Shown one piece after another: positions 48,915 through 58,216 of a stretch of 64,000 bases of DNA. Under the pieces are notes generated by a model, which worked only from the letters and a program-made list of their open reading frames with translations, ran no database searches and had not been told where the DNA came from. The stretch covers positions 256,001 through 320,000 of the forward strand of contig CAVSQW010000007.1 of the NCBI GenBank assembly GCA_963730185.1, read 5' to 3'. The translations under genes were made by a program, and so were the position numbers. This stretch comes from an uncultured Gemmatimonadales bacterium (lineage in GTDB: Bacteria > Gemmatimonadota > Gemmatimonadetes > Gemmatimonadales > GWC2-71-9). The first letter of the stretch is position 1. Every line of letters begins with the position of its first letter.

Positions 48915-51293
48915 TCAGGGCTGGAGCGCGTGTCGATGCTGGTCCAACGTCTTGAAGGCCGCGGCATCCCGGTCGCCGTCGGCCCACTGGCGCGCCAGCT
49001 CGTCGAGCACGGCCCGGGCGCGATCCGAATGGCCTCGAGCCACCAGGAGGTCGGCCAGCAGGGGCCGTGAGCCGTACCAATCGAAGGTGGCCTCGGAGCC
49101 GAACGCGGGCCCGAGCGGAGCCGCGAGCAGCGCGATGGCCGAATCGGCCTGGCCGGTCGCCGCCAGGGCCTCGCCGGTGCGGACCGTGAGCATCCCGGTC
49201 TGGGGATAGCTGATCGCGCCGGCCAGGAGCCGTCGGGCTTCCAGCGGCCGGTTCTCGGCCAGGAGGAGGTCGCCGGCCAGGAACGCGGCCGACTCCCGGT
49301 CCACGATCCGGCTGGTGTCCGCCGCCTTGGAGAGGAGGTCGAGCATCTCGCCGGCGGTGCCCAGATCGCCGGCTCGGACCAGGGCATGGCCCGCCAGGGC
49401 CAGAAACTGCGGCGCGAACTCCAGCCGCCGAGACAGCTGCGCCACCTCCCGCAAAGTTCGTCGGGCCTCGGCGGAGTCACCCGCCATCAGCAGCGCCAGC
49501 GCCTCGAGCATCCGGCCGCGGGCGATGCTGAACTCGGATCCCTGTTGTCGCGACGCTTCGGTCGCCTGCCGGAAGCTGCCGACGGCCGCGTCGAAACGGC
49601 CGCGCGCCAGAGCGAGGTACGCCAGGCCCCGATGTCCCAGGGTCCGTTCGAAGAGCCCGGGGCGGTCGAGCAGGCCCTCGAAGTGCCGGCGGGCGTCGTC
49701 GGGCCGGCCGTCGAGGAACAGCGCCTCGCCGTATTCGGCCGCGACGTTGTTCTGCCGGAGCACCAGCGAGTCGCGCTCGTCGGCCCGGCGATAGGCCTCG
49801 ACCGCCTCGTGGTAGCGACCGAGCCCCTTGAGCGCCGTGGCCAGGTTGATCAGGACGTTGACCCGGTCGGGCTCGAAGGTCAGGGCCCGGCGAAACGCGT
49901 CGACCGCGGGCTGGTACCGGCGGGCCAGCATCAGCGAGGTGCCGTAGTTGTACCAGGTGGTGACGCTCGGGAATCGCTCCGCGGTCTCGCGGGCGATCCG
50001 CTCGGCCGTGGCGTGATCGCCGCGGTAGTCGGCCGCCGACTCCTCGAGGCGGAGCCGCTCCCAGTCGGTCAGCCGGGCCCGGCGGCGGAGGGCTTCGCGG
50101 TAGTAGGTCTCGCCCACCGCGGGCTGGTTGTGCCAGTAGTACCATCCGCCGAGGGCGCCGAGAGCCATCGCGAACCCGGTGTCGAGGGCCACCGCGCGCT
50201 GCCAGAGGTCCTGGGCCAGGAAGTAGTCGCCGTTGGACCAGGCCGAGACGCCGTTGGCGTAGGAGCGGAGTGCCTCGAGCGACGGGGTCGTCACCTGGGG
50301 CAATGGTACCGCGCGAGCGCGACGGTCGGCCGCCGGCTCGCCCAGTCGGGCCCGAACCCGGTCGAGCACCTGGTCGAGGGCCGGCAGCAGGCCGGCCCGG
50401 GTCTCTGCCGGGGCGGTCAGCCTGGCCACCTGCTGGCCGGTGGTCACGTCGACGAGGGTGGCCGCGAGTTCGTAACCCGGGTCACGCGTCTCCGCCCGGA
50501 GGCCGAGCACGTAGCGGATGCCGTCGCGGACCGCCACTTCCCGGGCCAGCGCCGGGGTGATGGCCACGCCGCTGTCCTCGATCTGCATCCGCCGGAGGAC
50601 GCTTCCGATCCGGGCGCGCGACACCACCTGGAGGTGGCCCGACTGACCCAACGCGACCCGCGCCGCCACCGTCAGGCTCCGATCGAGCAGGGTGTCGCCG
50701 GTGGCGTTGTCCAGGTCGGCGAGGATCAGCGGATCACCGGGGGCAAAGGGCACCGCCGGCGGAGCGCGGGTGACCCAGTAGGCGAGCGCCCCAACGGTCA
50801 GGAGCGCCGCGACCCAGACCGCGCCAGGAAGGGACCGACGGGGCGCCGTCGGCACAATGGCCCGGCCCCGACCCAGGCGGAGGCGAACCTCGGCTGCCCA
50901 CTCCTGGAACTCCGGCGCGCCCGGGATCTCGAAGCCCGACAGGAATTCGGCCCGCTCCACGTCACTCAGCGGCGGGGCCTCCGGCGAAAGGGTCACGTCG
51001 GCCACGATCCGCCCCGGCTGGAACCGCCAGCCGTCCGGCCCTCGTTCTATGCTGGCCGGACCGAGCGCCCCGTCGAGGCGGTCGGCCGCGGCGCCGACGG
51101 TGCGACGGCCCTCGTCGGCGGTCGCGTCCGGCGTGAGCCGGAGGAGCAGCTCGTCCGGCGCGACGCCGTCCTCTTCATGAATGGCAAGCAGGATTGCCAA
51201 GCCGAGCGCTCGGGTATCGTCGCTGACGAGACTCGCCCCGGCGGAGTCGACGAGCCGGGGCGGACCGAGGGTGAGCAGTCGAAACGAGGCCAT
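48915..51293 (-). CDS. Transmembrane protein: shortened SARP-like N-terminus, TM helix, TolB-N-like domain, TPR repeats
   Basis: RLLTLGPPRL, FLSGF..GAPEFQEW, TM, ADLDNATGD, TTPSLEALRSY and ALDTGFAMA, followed by TPRs. Confidence 0.8.
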   Translation of the reverse strand: MASFRLLTLGPPRLVDSAGASLVSDDTRALGLAILLAIHEEDGVAPDELLLRLTPDATADEGRRTVGAAADRLDGALGPASIERGPDGWRFQPGRIVADVTLSPEAPPLSDVERAEFLSGFEIPGAPEFQEWAAEVRLRLGRGRAIVPTAPRRSLPGAVWVAALLTVGALAYWVTRAPPAVPFAPGDPLILADLDNATGDTLLDRSLTVAARVALGQSGHLQVVSRARIGSVLRRMQIEDSGVAITPALAREVAVRDGIRYVLGLRAETRDPGYELAATLVDVTTGQQVARLTAPAETRAGLLPALDQVLDRVRARLGEPAADRRARAVPLPQVTTPSLEALRSYANGVSAWSNGDYFLAQDLWQRAVALDTGFAMALGALGGWYYWHNQPAVGETYYREALRRRARLTDWERLRLEESAADYRGDHATAERIARETAERFPSVTTWYNYGTSLMLARRYQPAVDAFRRALTFEPDRVNVLINLATALKGLGRYHEAVEAYRRADERDSLVLRQNNVAAEYGEALFLDGRPDDARRHFEGLLDRPGLFERTLGHRGLAYLALARGRFDAAVGSFRQATEASRQQGSEFSIARGRMLEALALLMAGDSAEARRTLREVAQLSRRLEFAPQFLALAGHALVRAGDLGTAGEMLDLLSKAADTSRIVDRESAAFLAGDLLLAENRPLEARRLLAGAISYPQTGMLTVRTGEALAATGQADSAIALLAAPLGPAFGSEATFDWYGSRPLLADLLVARGHSDRARAVLDELARQWADGDRDAAAFKTLDQHRHALQP

Positions 51294-51344
51294 GGGAAAC
51301 AGGCGGTCGGAGCCGCCCCTTGGGAGTAGGCTAGCTCCCGCAAC

Positions 51345-54167
51345 TTAACGGGGCGACCGGCGGTCGTCGCCCTCCAGCCATCGATTCGCGCTGTCGGCCC
51401 GGGCCCGGAGTGGGGCGTCGGCATCGCGCCAAGCCCGAGCGACCCAGGCGTAGTGCGCGCGGGCACTGTCGTTCTGGCCGAGCGCGGCGAAGGCGTGCGC
51501 GAGGAGGTCGTGCAGGTCGCCCGGGTTCACGCTGCCGCCCCACCCATCGGGGGGCGCCCGGAGGGCCGCGCGGAGCGGGCGCAGCGCTTCCGCCGGACGG
51601 CCCGCGTCGATCGCGATGCGACCGAGCTCGCGGTCGAAGCGAGGAAAGGTCGTCACCCGCGAGCCTCGGGCTTCCTCCAGGAGGACGAACGCTTCGCGCG
51701 ACCGGCGGGACTCGCGGAGGAGCAGCGCTTGGACCAGCCGGGCCAAGCGACCGGGTCGTCCGGTGAGCGACCGCTGTTCGAGCGAGGCGACCGCTCGGAC
51801 CAGCGGCGCGACCCGGAGCGAGTCGTCGCGGGCGTCCTGGGCGATCGCCGCCAGGGTGAGGTAGCCGGCCGCCCTGGCGGCGCCCTCGCCTCCCGCCGTG
51901 TTCTGGCGGGCCCGGTCGGCCAACCGGCCGAAGGTCTCGGCCGCCAGCCGGACCCGGAGCGCTTCGTAGTCGAGCATGATGGTGGTGACCGTGTCGCCGA
52001 TCCCGCTTTCGCCCCCTCGGGCGCCGACCCCCGCGCGGGCGAACCGGAGGGCCTCGGCCAGGCGGCCTAACGCGCGGTAGCCGCGGGTGCATTCGACCCG
52101 CATGGCGGCGGTGAGCGGCGCTTCGGCGTCGAGTCGGCACCGGCGCTCGACCCCTCCGACCTCGGCCCGGTGGGCGGCCAGCCGTACCGCGCGGGCGGTC
52201 GTGTCGGCGGGGGGCGCGCCGGCGGCGCGGGCCGCGGCGTGGGCGGAGTCGGCCCGGGCGACGTTGCCATCGTCATCGGCCAGATCGGCGAGTCGGAGCC
52301 AAGGGGCGGGATCGGCCGGCCGGAGTCGGACCCAGCGGCGGAGCACGGCGTCCGCCGCGGGGAACGAATCGGCCTCGCGATAGGCGGTAGCGAGAGCGGC
52401 CAGGTCGCCGCAGGCGCGGCAGGGCTCGCCGGCGGCGGCGCCCGAGTCGAGGGCAACGGCCCGCTCCAGGAGCGTCGCCACCCTGGCGATCGGCTCTCCG
52501 GCCCGCCAGAACACGTCGGCGGCGCGGACCAGCGCCTCGGGGTCGTTGGGAAAGCTCGCCGCCAGCGAGTCGGCCGCGAGGTAGCCGGCGGGATCATCGC
52601 GCACCGCCGCCAGATGGGCCTGGATGATCAGGCGGTCGCGGGCCGACGCGCGCGACGAGAGGCGGAGCGCCCGCTCGGCCAGCCGGCCCGTCCCGGTGTC
52701 GGCCGCCGCCGCGGCGCTCCGCCAGGCGTAGTAGGCAGCCAGCGCGAAGCTGGAGTCTTCCCGGAGCGCCGACTGGAAGAGACGTCCGGCGGCGAACAGG
52801 TCGTACTGATAGAAGGACCGGAGCCCCTCTTCGTAGAAGCGGTAGGCCAGGGGGGAGCGGGTCGTGATCTCCGCGACCGACACCGCCGGCGCCGTGCTCC
52901 TGAGATCGGCGGCGATCAGCGTCGTCGCGCTGTCCACCAGGTCGAACCGGGTCGCGCCGCTGACCCGGTAGCCCCGGACCACCATGCCCGATCCGAGGTC
53001 CACTCGCCGGACGTCGAGCTGGAGTCCCCCGCCGGCCCGGGTGGAGACGTCGCCCTCCAGCACCTCGGTGGCGCCGGCCTGCCGCGCGGCCCGCGCTCGG
53101 GCGTCGGCCCCGACCGATGGTCCGGCGGGGAGCAGCTCGAGCAGCCGCGAGGTCGCCACCACCTCGACGTTGGCCAGCCGGCTCAGGCTGGTGGTGAGCA
53201 TGTCGGCCAGGATCTGGCTCACCTGGGCCGAGTCGGGGTTGGGGACGTCGCGAATCAGGCCGACGGCGATGACCAGCCCCGTTCCCTGACCCGGCCGGTC
53301 GCGCCGGCCGAACCCGAGCCAGAGGCCGACCGCCACCGCAACCACGACGATCACCGCGATGGCCCACCGGCCCGTCAGCGTCGCCCGGCGGCCGGCGCCC
53401 GGTGGGGTCGCAGCCGATCCGGAGGGCTGATCGGGGCGGTCCGGCCCGGGCCCGGCGGCCGGCGCCTCGGCCCGGAGCTTGGCCGCGAGTGCGACCACCG
53501 CTTCGTCCGGCTCGACGCCGAGCGTCTCTCGCACCGCCTCCGCGTGGGTCCGCGCGTGCGCGAGTGCGCCGGCCCGATCGCCCAGGCCAGCGAGCGTTTC
53601 CATGTATCGGAGCGCGAACCGACCGCTCAGCGGGTCGATCACGGTGAGCCGCGCCGCCAGGTCGGTGGCCCGGCGCCGATCGCCCGAGGTCACGGCCCGC
53701 GCCAGGCCGGCGTCGAGGGCGCGGATCGCCTGGGTCCGGATCGTCTGGCGCTCGGTCTCGACCCACTGGTCGAAGGCCGGAGCGTCCTGGAGGTAGAAGC
53801 CGTCGAGAAAGGGCCCGCGATAGAGGTCGATGGCCCGGTCCCACTCCCCCCGCTGGATCGCATCCCGGAAATCGTCGAGGTCGCTCCGGACCCGCTCGGG
53901 ATCGAGCCGGATCGCCGGCTCGGCCACCACCACCTCGATGCCGAGAACCCGCTTCAGGCTGTACAGGGTCTGGGAGAGCGCGTGACGGGCCCGGGCTTCG
54001 TCACGGTCGGGCCAGAGGACGCCCAGAAGTCGGTCACGCGAGGCGCCGGCGTCGCGCGCCGCGGCCAGCACGGCCAGGAGGGCCAGCCAGCGGGGGCGAG
54101 GAACGGGGCCGTCGGCCCCGCCGGCGCTTTCCAGCCAGAGCCCGCCCAGCGTGTTGAGCCGCAACAC
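51345..54167 (-). CDS. Transmembrane SARP/BTAD-TPR regulator-like protein
   Basis: LRLNTLGGL, LWPDRDEARARHALSQTLY, LYRGPFLDGF, DPLS, TM and TTRSPLAYRFY, followed by TPRs. Confidence 0.85.
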   Translation of the reverse strand: MLRLNTLGGLWLESAGGADGPVPRPRWLALLAVLAAARDAGASRDRLLGVLWPDRDEARARHALSQTLYSLKRVLGIEVVVAEPAIRLDPERVRSDLDDFRDAIQRGEWDRAIDLYRGPFLDGFYLQDAPAFDQWVETERQTIRTQAIRALDAGLARAVTSGDRRRATDLAARLTVIDPLSGRFALRYMETLAGLGDRAGALAHARTHAEAVRETLGVEPDEAVVALAAKLRAEAPAAGPGPDRPDQPSGSAATPPGAGRRATLTGRWAIAVIVVVAVAVGLWLGFGRRDRPGQGTGLVIAVGLIRDVPNPDSAQVSQILADMLTTSLSRLANVEVVATSRLLELLPAGPSVGADARARAARQAGATEVLEGDVSTRAGGGLQLDVRRVDLGSGMVVRGYRVSGATRFDLVDSATTLIAADLRSTAPAVSVAEITTRSPLAYRFYEEGLRSFYQYDLFAAGRLFQSALREDSSFALAAYYAWRSAAAAADTGTGRLAERALRLSSRASARDRLIIQAHLAAVRDDPAGYLAADSLAASFPNDPEALVRAADVFWRAGEPIARVATLLERAVALDSGAAAGEPCRACGDLAALATAYREADSFPAADAVLRRWVRLRPADPAPWLRLADLADDDGNVARADSAHAAARAAGAPPADTTARAVRLAAHRAEVGGVERRCRLDAEAPLTAAMRVECTRGYRALGRLAEALRFARAGVGARGGESGIGDTVTTIMLDYEALRVRLAAETFGRLADRARQNTAGGEGAARAAGYLTLAAIAQDARDDSLRVAPLVRAVASLEQRSLTGRPGRLARLVQALLLRESRRSREAFVLLEEARGSRVTTFPRFDRELGRIAIDAGRPAEALRPLRAALRAPPDGWGGSVNPGDLHDLLAHAFAALGQNDSARAHYAWVARAWRDADAPLRARADSANRWLEGDDRRSPR

Positions 54168-54311
54168 GTTATGCGCGAGATGATAGTCCGGTGACACGAG
54201 TCGGGTAGCGATTGGGGGTCGACCGACGACCGCGGTGACTACCCCGCGATTCTACCCCGGTTCGCGCCGCTCCGGCAAGGCGAGCGGCCCGATCCATCGC
54301 CGAGGAAGACG

Positions 54312-54764
54312 ATGCCCGGTTTCCTGATGCTCTCGCTCGTGGTCGGTGTGATGCTCGCGACCGTGCCCAATGAGCTGGCGGCGCAGCGCCGCTGGCAGGC
54401 CGATATCCGGATCGAGAGCCTGGACATCGCCCCGGTGGGGCAGGGCAGCCTGACGGTTCGGATCCAGGTGGCCAGCGACGACCAGGAGACCGCGCGCGAG
54501 AGCCGCCTCGAGGTGCTGGTGCCGGTAGGGCTCGAGGTCCTTCGCCTCGGGGCCGGCTGCCGGGCCAGCGCCTCGGCCGTGCCCCATCTCACCGGGAGGG
54601 TTACCTGCGAGCTGGGTGACATCCCGGTCCGAGGGCTGCGCGAGGTGCTCCTGGTCACCACCCGCCCGCCGGCCGGCGCCGTGGCCCACTTCGCCGCGTT
54701 CGTGATGAGCAACACCCCCGATCCGCGGCCGGCGAACAACTTCGCGGAGCGTCCGGTCCGATGA
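54312..54764 (+). CDS. Exported DUF11/Ig-like protein
   Basis: Signal peptide; ADIRI, LPxG-like VPVGL, C...VTCELGDI and TPDPRPANN. Confidence 0.7.
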   Translation: MPGFLMLSLVVGVMLATVPNELAAQRRWQADIRIESLDIAPVGQGSLTVRIQVASDDQETARESRLEVLVPVGLEVLRLGAGCRASASAVPHLTGRVTCELGDIPVRGLREVLLVTTRPPAGAVAHFAAFVMSNTPDPRPANNFAERPVR

Positions 54765-55204
54765 CCCCGCTGCGCGCGGTTCCCGTGCTGGTCGTCCTGC
54801 TCGGCCTTCCCGCCGTCGCCCCGGCGCAGTCGGTGGCGCCGGCGGTGGCAGCCGCCCCGTCGCCGATCGCCAATCCGCCGGCACTGCGCGCCAGCGAGAT
54901 CCTGTCGCGGCGCGAGCCTGGGGTGGCCTCGCGGGTTCTGTTCGAGTGGGATCAGGTCCCGGGCGCCCGCGAGTACGTCCTCCAAGGGCGCTGGATCGAT
55001 CCCACCACCTGGGGACTCCACGACCGCGAGTACCGGGTTGGCTCCCGCAACGCGACCGCTTGGACGACTGAGCGCGTCTCCTTCGACGTGTCGCTGCCGC
55101 CGGGTGCGCACTCCTGGGCCGTGGTGGCCGTGTTCGGCCCAGACGAGATCGGCGACTTCGCCCATCCCGCTCACGTGTCCTTCGACCTGCAGGCTTCCCG
55201 ATGA
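54761..55204 (+). CDS. Exported FN3-like beta-sandwich protein
   Basis: Signal peptide; FEWDQVPGAREYVL...LPPGAHSWAVVAV; ATGA coupling. Confidence 0.65.
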   Translation: MTPLRAVPVLVVLLGLPAVAPAQSVAPAVAAAPSPIANPPALRASEILSRREPGVASRVLFEWDQVPGAREYVLQGRWIDPTTWGLHDREYRVGSRNATAWTTERVSFDVSLPPGAHSWAVVAVFGPDEIGDFAHPAHVSFDLQASR

Positions 55205-56280
55205 CCGACCCGACCGTTCGTAGCCCGGCCGCCCGGCTTTCCTGGCTCCGCTCCGTCCTCGGCCTGACCCCGCCTGCCGAGGCCCCGACCGCCCCGCCGT
55301 CTCCTCGCCCGGCCGGCTCGGACACGACCCCCTCCGGCGGGCTGCGGGCCAGCCGGGTCGCCGGCGTCCTGTCGCTCGCGGTGGTGGGGCTGACCGCGGT
55401 CGGGCACGCCCAGGATGAGCGCTACCTCAAGCAGGCGTTCGAAGGCCAGCGGGTCACGGTGCTGATCGACATGCCGGCCACCTCGCAAGGCATCGATCTC
55501 TTTCCCGGCAGCAGCCGGCCGCTCGACTTTCAGAAGTATGCCGCCCGGCTCAAGGAGGACGGCGTCTCCATCAAGGAGGGCGAGCGGAGCCTGATCACCA
55601 AGATCCGGGTCAAGGACGACCTGATCGAGGTCCAACTCGGTGGTGGAGGCTACGGGACCTTTGGGGATGTCTTCGGCTCCGCCTTGACCAACAACGGTGC
55701 CGACAGCGGCGCGGCCCAGCAGCTCAAGAAGAGCAACGAGCGGACCCAGCGACTCGCCTCGGGCTCGCGATTCAACCTCCGCTATCCCAACGGGGTCACG
55801 CCCGCCGACCTCGAGCCCGACGCGATCATCGCCGCTCTGTCGGAGTACGCCACCTTCCCGAATCGCGCCTCACGCGAGAGCGCCGCCCGCCAGGCCGAGC
55901 CGGCCGCCGAGCCGTCGTCGCCGCCCGCCGCCTCGGCCGAGGAGCTCCGAAAGGGCATGCTGCTGGACGAGGTCGAGCGGATCGCCGGCGCCGCCGAAGC
56001 CACCCGGTCCAGCGGACCGGTCGAGACTCGGACCTACGCTACGCACGAGGTCGACTTCTACAACGGCGTCGCGGTCGAGGTGCGGAGGCGCGGCGTGGCC
56101 GGGGCCGCGACGATCCGAAAGGGGATGTTGCAGGAGGAGGTCGAGGGCCTGGCCGGCGCCGCGATCGAAAGCACGATCAACGGCCCGGTCGTCACCAAGA
56201 CGTATCACTGGCAGGACGGCACCCTGGAGGCCGACTTCGTGAATGGGGTGCTGGTCGGCTACCGGATCGTGGCCCGTTGA
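55201..56280 (+). CDS. Exported protein with two C-terminal BamE/SmpA-like repeats
   Basis: LRKGMLLDEVERIAG...VDFYNGV and IRKGMLQEEVEGLAG...ADFVNGV; ATGA coupling. Confidence 0.7.
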   Translation: MTDPTVRSPAARLSWLRSVLGLTPPAEAPTAPPSPRPAGSDTTPSGGLRASRVAGVLSLAVVGLTAVGHAQDERYLKQAFEGQRVTVLIDMPATSQGIDLFPGSSRPLDFQKYAARLKEDGVSIKEGERSLITKIRVKDDLIEVQLGGGGYGTFGDVFGSALTNNGADSGAAQQLKKSNERTQRLASGSRFNLRYPNGVTPADLEPDAIIAALSEYATFPNRASRESAARQAEPAAEPSSPPAASAEELRKGMLLDEVERIAGAAEATRSSGPVETRTYATHEVDFYNGVAVEVRRRGVAGAATIRKGMLQEEVEGLAGAAIESTINGPVVTKTYHWQDGTLEADFVNGVLVGYRIVAR

Positions 56281-56294
56281 GCGGAGGAGGAAGG

Positions 56295-57194
56295 ATGCGA
56301 CGACGATCTCCGGTCCGCGGGGCGATCCTCGCCCTCATGGCCCTGGGCCTGACGGCGTCTCTCGGCACGGCCCAGTCGCCCCTCAGGCGGCTCAAGAAGC
56401 TCAAGGAGTCCGTCAAGAAGACGATCGACACGGTGGCGTCCGGGACGGCCGCCCGGGTCATCGACAGCAGCAAGCTGGCCAAGCCGCTGGCGCCGGTGGC
56501 CGCGATCCTCGACGGGCGGCTCCCGTGCGCGGCCGACACCGCGCTCTCGGTCGGGACGACGGTGGTGTCGGAGGTCAAGCGCGACCTCGCCCTGGGCGAT
56601 ACCACGGGCACCGCCGCGCGGAACGGCGGTTCTCCCTGCGCGACGGACTCCGCGGCGCCGCCAGCGTCGGCCGCGGCGGCGGTGGTGCCCGGGACGATGG
56701 CCGCCCCGGTGACCGGTCCGGCCAGCGGTGCCGCCGCGGTCGTGGGCACCGCGATCGTGGCCGCCCCGATCGTGCGCCTGGGCGCCAAGAGCCTGTTCGG
56801 CGACAAGCCGCGAACCGCGTCCGACGTGCTCAAGGAGCTGATCGAGAAGGGGCGGGTTACGGTCAAGGGATTCACCTTCCTCCCCGCCAGCGACCGCGCC
56901 GAGCCGGTTCCCGGTCCCTTCATCGAGCCGGTCGCCGAAGCGCTCGCCGCGTTCGACGGCAAGATCGGCGTGCACGTCTGCCTCGAGGAGAACCCCCGGC
57001 TCGCCACCCCCGACACCGCCCTGGTGCGCCGCCGGATGGAGCGGGTCTGGGCCACCCTGCTCAGCGTCGGCGCGCCGGACCGGGTGTTCGCGCCGCTGGC
57101 CGAGACGCCGCTCGACCTCGTCGCCGAGCGCCACCCGGCCAAGCTCGGCCGGGCCGAGGTCGAGCTGGTCCTGCTGCCGGAGGCCAAGCCATGA
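56295..57194 (+). CDS. Exported protein with degenerate OmpA-like C-terminal domain
   Basis: GGAGG RBS and signal peptide; KGRVTVKGFTFLPASD...RRMERVWATLLSVG...RAEVELV. Confidence 0.6.
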   Translation: MRRRSPVRGAILALMALGLTASLGTAQSPLRRLKKLKESVKKTIDTVASGTAARVIDSSKLAKPLAPVAAILDGRLPCAADTALSVGTTVVSEVKRDLALGDTTGTAARNGGSPCATDSAAPPASAAAAVVPGTMAAPVTGPASGAAAVVGTAIVAAPIVRLGAKSLFGDKPRTASDVLKELIEKGRVTVKGFTFLPASDRAEPVPGPFIEPVAEALAAFDGKIGVHVCLEENPRLATPDTALVRRRMERVWATLLSVGAPDRVFAPLAETPLDLVAERHPAKLGRAEVELVLLPEAKP

Positions 57195-58216
57195 CCCGTC
57201 GCACCGCGTTCCTGCTCGCCCTTGCCGCCCCGCTCCCGGCGCCGGCCCTGCTGGCGCAAGGAGCCGGCGGGCCGGCGGCCCGGCTCCGGGTGGCCGTGAT
57301 GGACCTCTCGGGCTCGGCGCTCAAGATGCAGACTACGCAGATGCCTGTGGCCGCGCCGCCGCCGGCCTACCCGCCGCCCCAGCAGCAGGGGCAACAGACC
57401 ACCGTCACCATCGCCATCCCGCCACCGAGCGAGTTCGCGCGCGGACTCACCGAGATCCTCACGACGGTGCTGGTCCGCACCGGGCGGTTCGTGGTGCTCG
57501 AGCGGGCGGCGATGCAGCAGATCGACCAGGAGCAGGCCATGGCCGCGGCGGGGAAGGTCACCCAGCAGACCGCCGCCAAGCAGGGCGCCATCCTGGGTGC
57601 GCAGGCGCTGATCACCGGCGACATCACCGGGTTCACGTTCGACCGGTCCAGCATCGGCGGGCAGGTCAACAACGTGATCAAGGGCCTGAGCGTGGCGACC
57701 GAGCGGGTCAGCGCGCAGGTGATCATCGACCTCCGTCTGATCGACGCCAGCACCGGCCAGATCCTCCACTCCGCCAAGGGCAGCGGCAAGGCCAGCCAGA
57801 CCGGCATCGCCGCCGACCTGATCAAGGACGACAAGAGCATCAGCGCCGACGCCTCGATGACGACCCCGCTGGGACAGGCCTCCCGCCAGGCCATCCAGAC
57901 GGCGGTGGCCAATCTGCTGGTCGGGATGCCACACATTCGCTGGAGCGCCCGGGTCGTCGACGTCCGGGACGGCGTGGTGTACCTGAACGCGGCCGGGGCC
58001 GACGGGATGCGCCCCGGGATGCGGCTCGAGGTCTACGAGGCGGGCGAGGCCTTGGTCGATCCGGAGACCGGGCTCTCGCTCGGCGCGCCGGAGAAGCGCC
58101 TCGGCGAGATCGTGATCGAGTCCGTGCTCGAGAAGTTCAGCACCGCGAAGATCGCGAGCGGCGAAGGGATCGCCCGAGGGCAGGTGGTGCGCCTGCCGGG
58201 AGACAAGCAGCCATGA
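57191..58216 (+). CDS. CsgG/HfaB family protein with FlgT C-terminal-like domain
   Basis: GLTEILTTVLVRTGRFVVLER, GAQALITGDIT and DLRLIDASTGQI; C-terminal VYLNAAG..GMRPG...LVDPETG. Confidence 0.85.
   Translation: MTRRTAFLLALAAPLPAPALLAQGAGGPAARLRVAVMDLSGSALKMQTTQMPVAAPPPAYPPPQQQGQQTTVTIAIPPPSEFARGLTEILTTVLVRTGRFVVLERAAMQQIDQEQAMAAAGKVTQQTAAKQGAILGAQALITGDITGFTFDRSSIGGQVNNVIKGLSVATERVSAQVIIDLRLIDASTGQILHSAKGSGKASQTGIAADLIKDDKSISADASMTTPLGQASRQAIQTAVANLLVGMPHIRWSARVVDVRDGVVYLNAAGADGMRPGMRLEVYEAGEALVDPETGLSLGAPEKRLGEIVIESVLEKFSTAKIASGEGIARGQVVRLPGDKQP

Noticed and set aside
57191..58216. Canonical curli (csg) operon
   Set aside because: No curlin-repeat subunits or CsgE/CsgF; the protein lacks a lipobox and has an extra FlgT_C-like domain.
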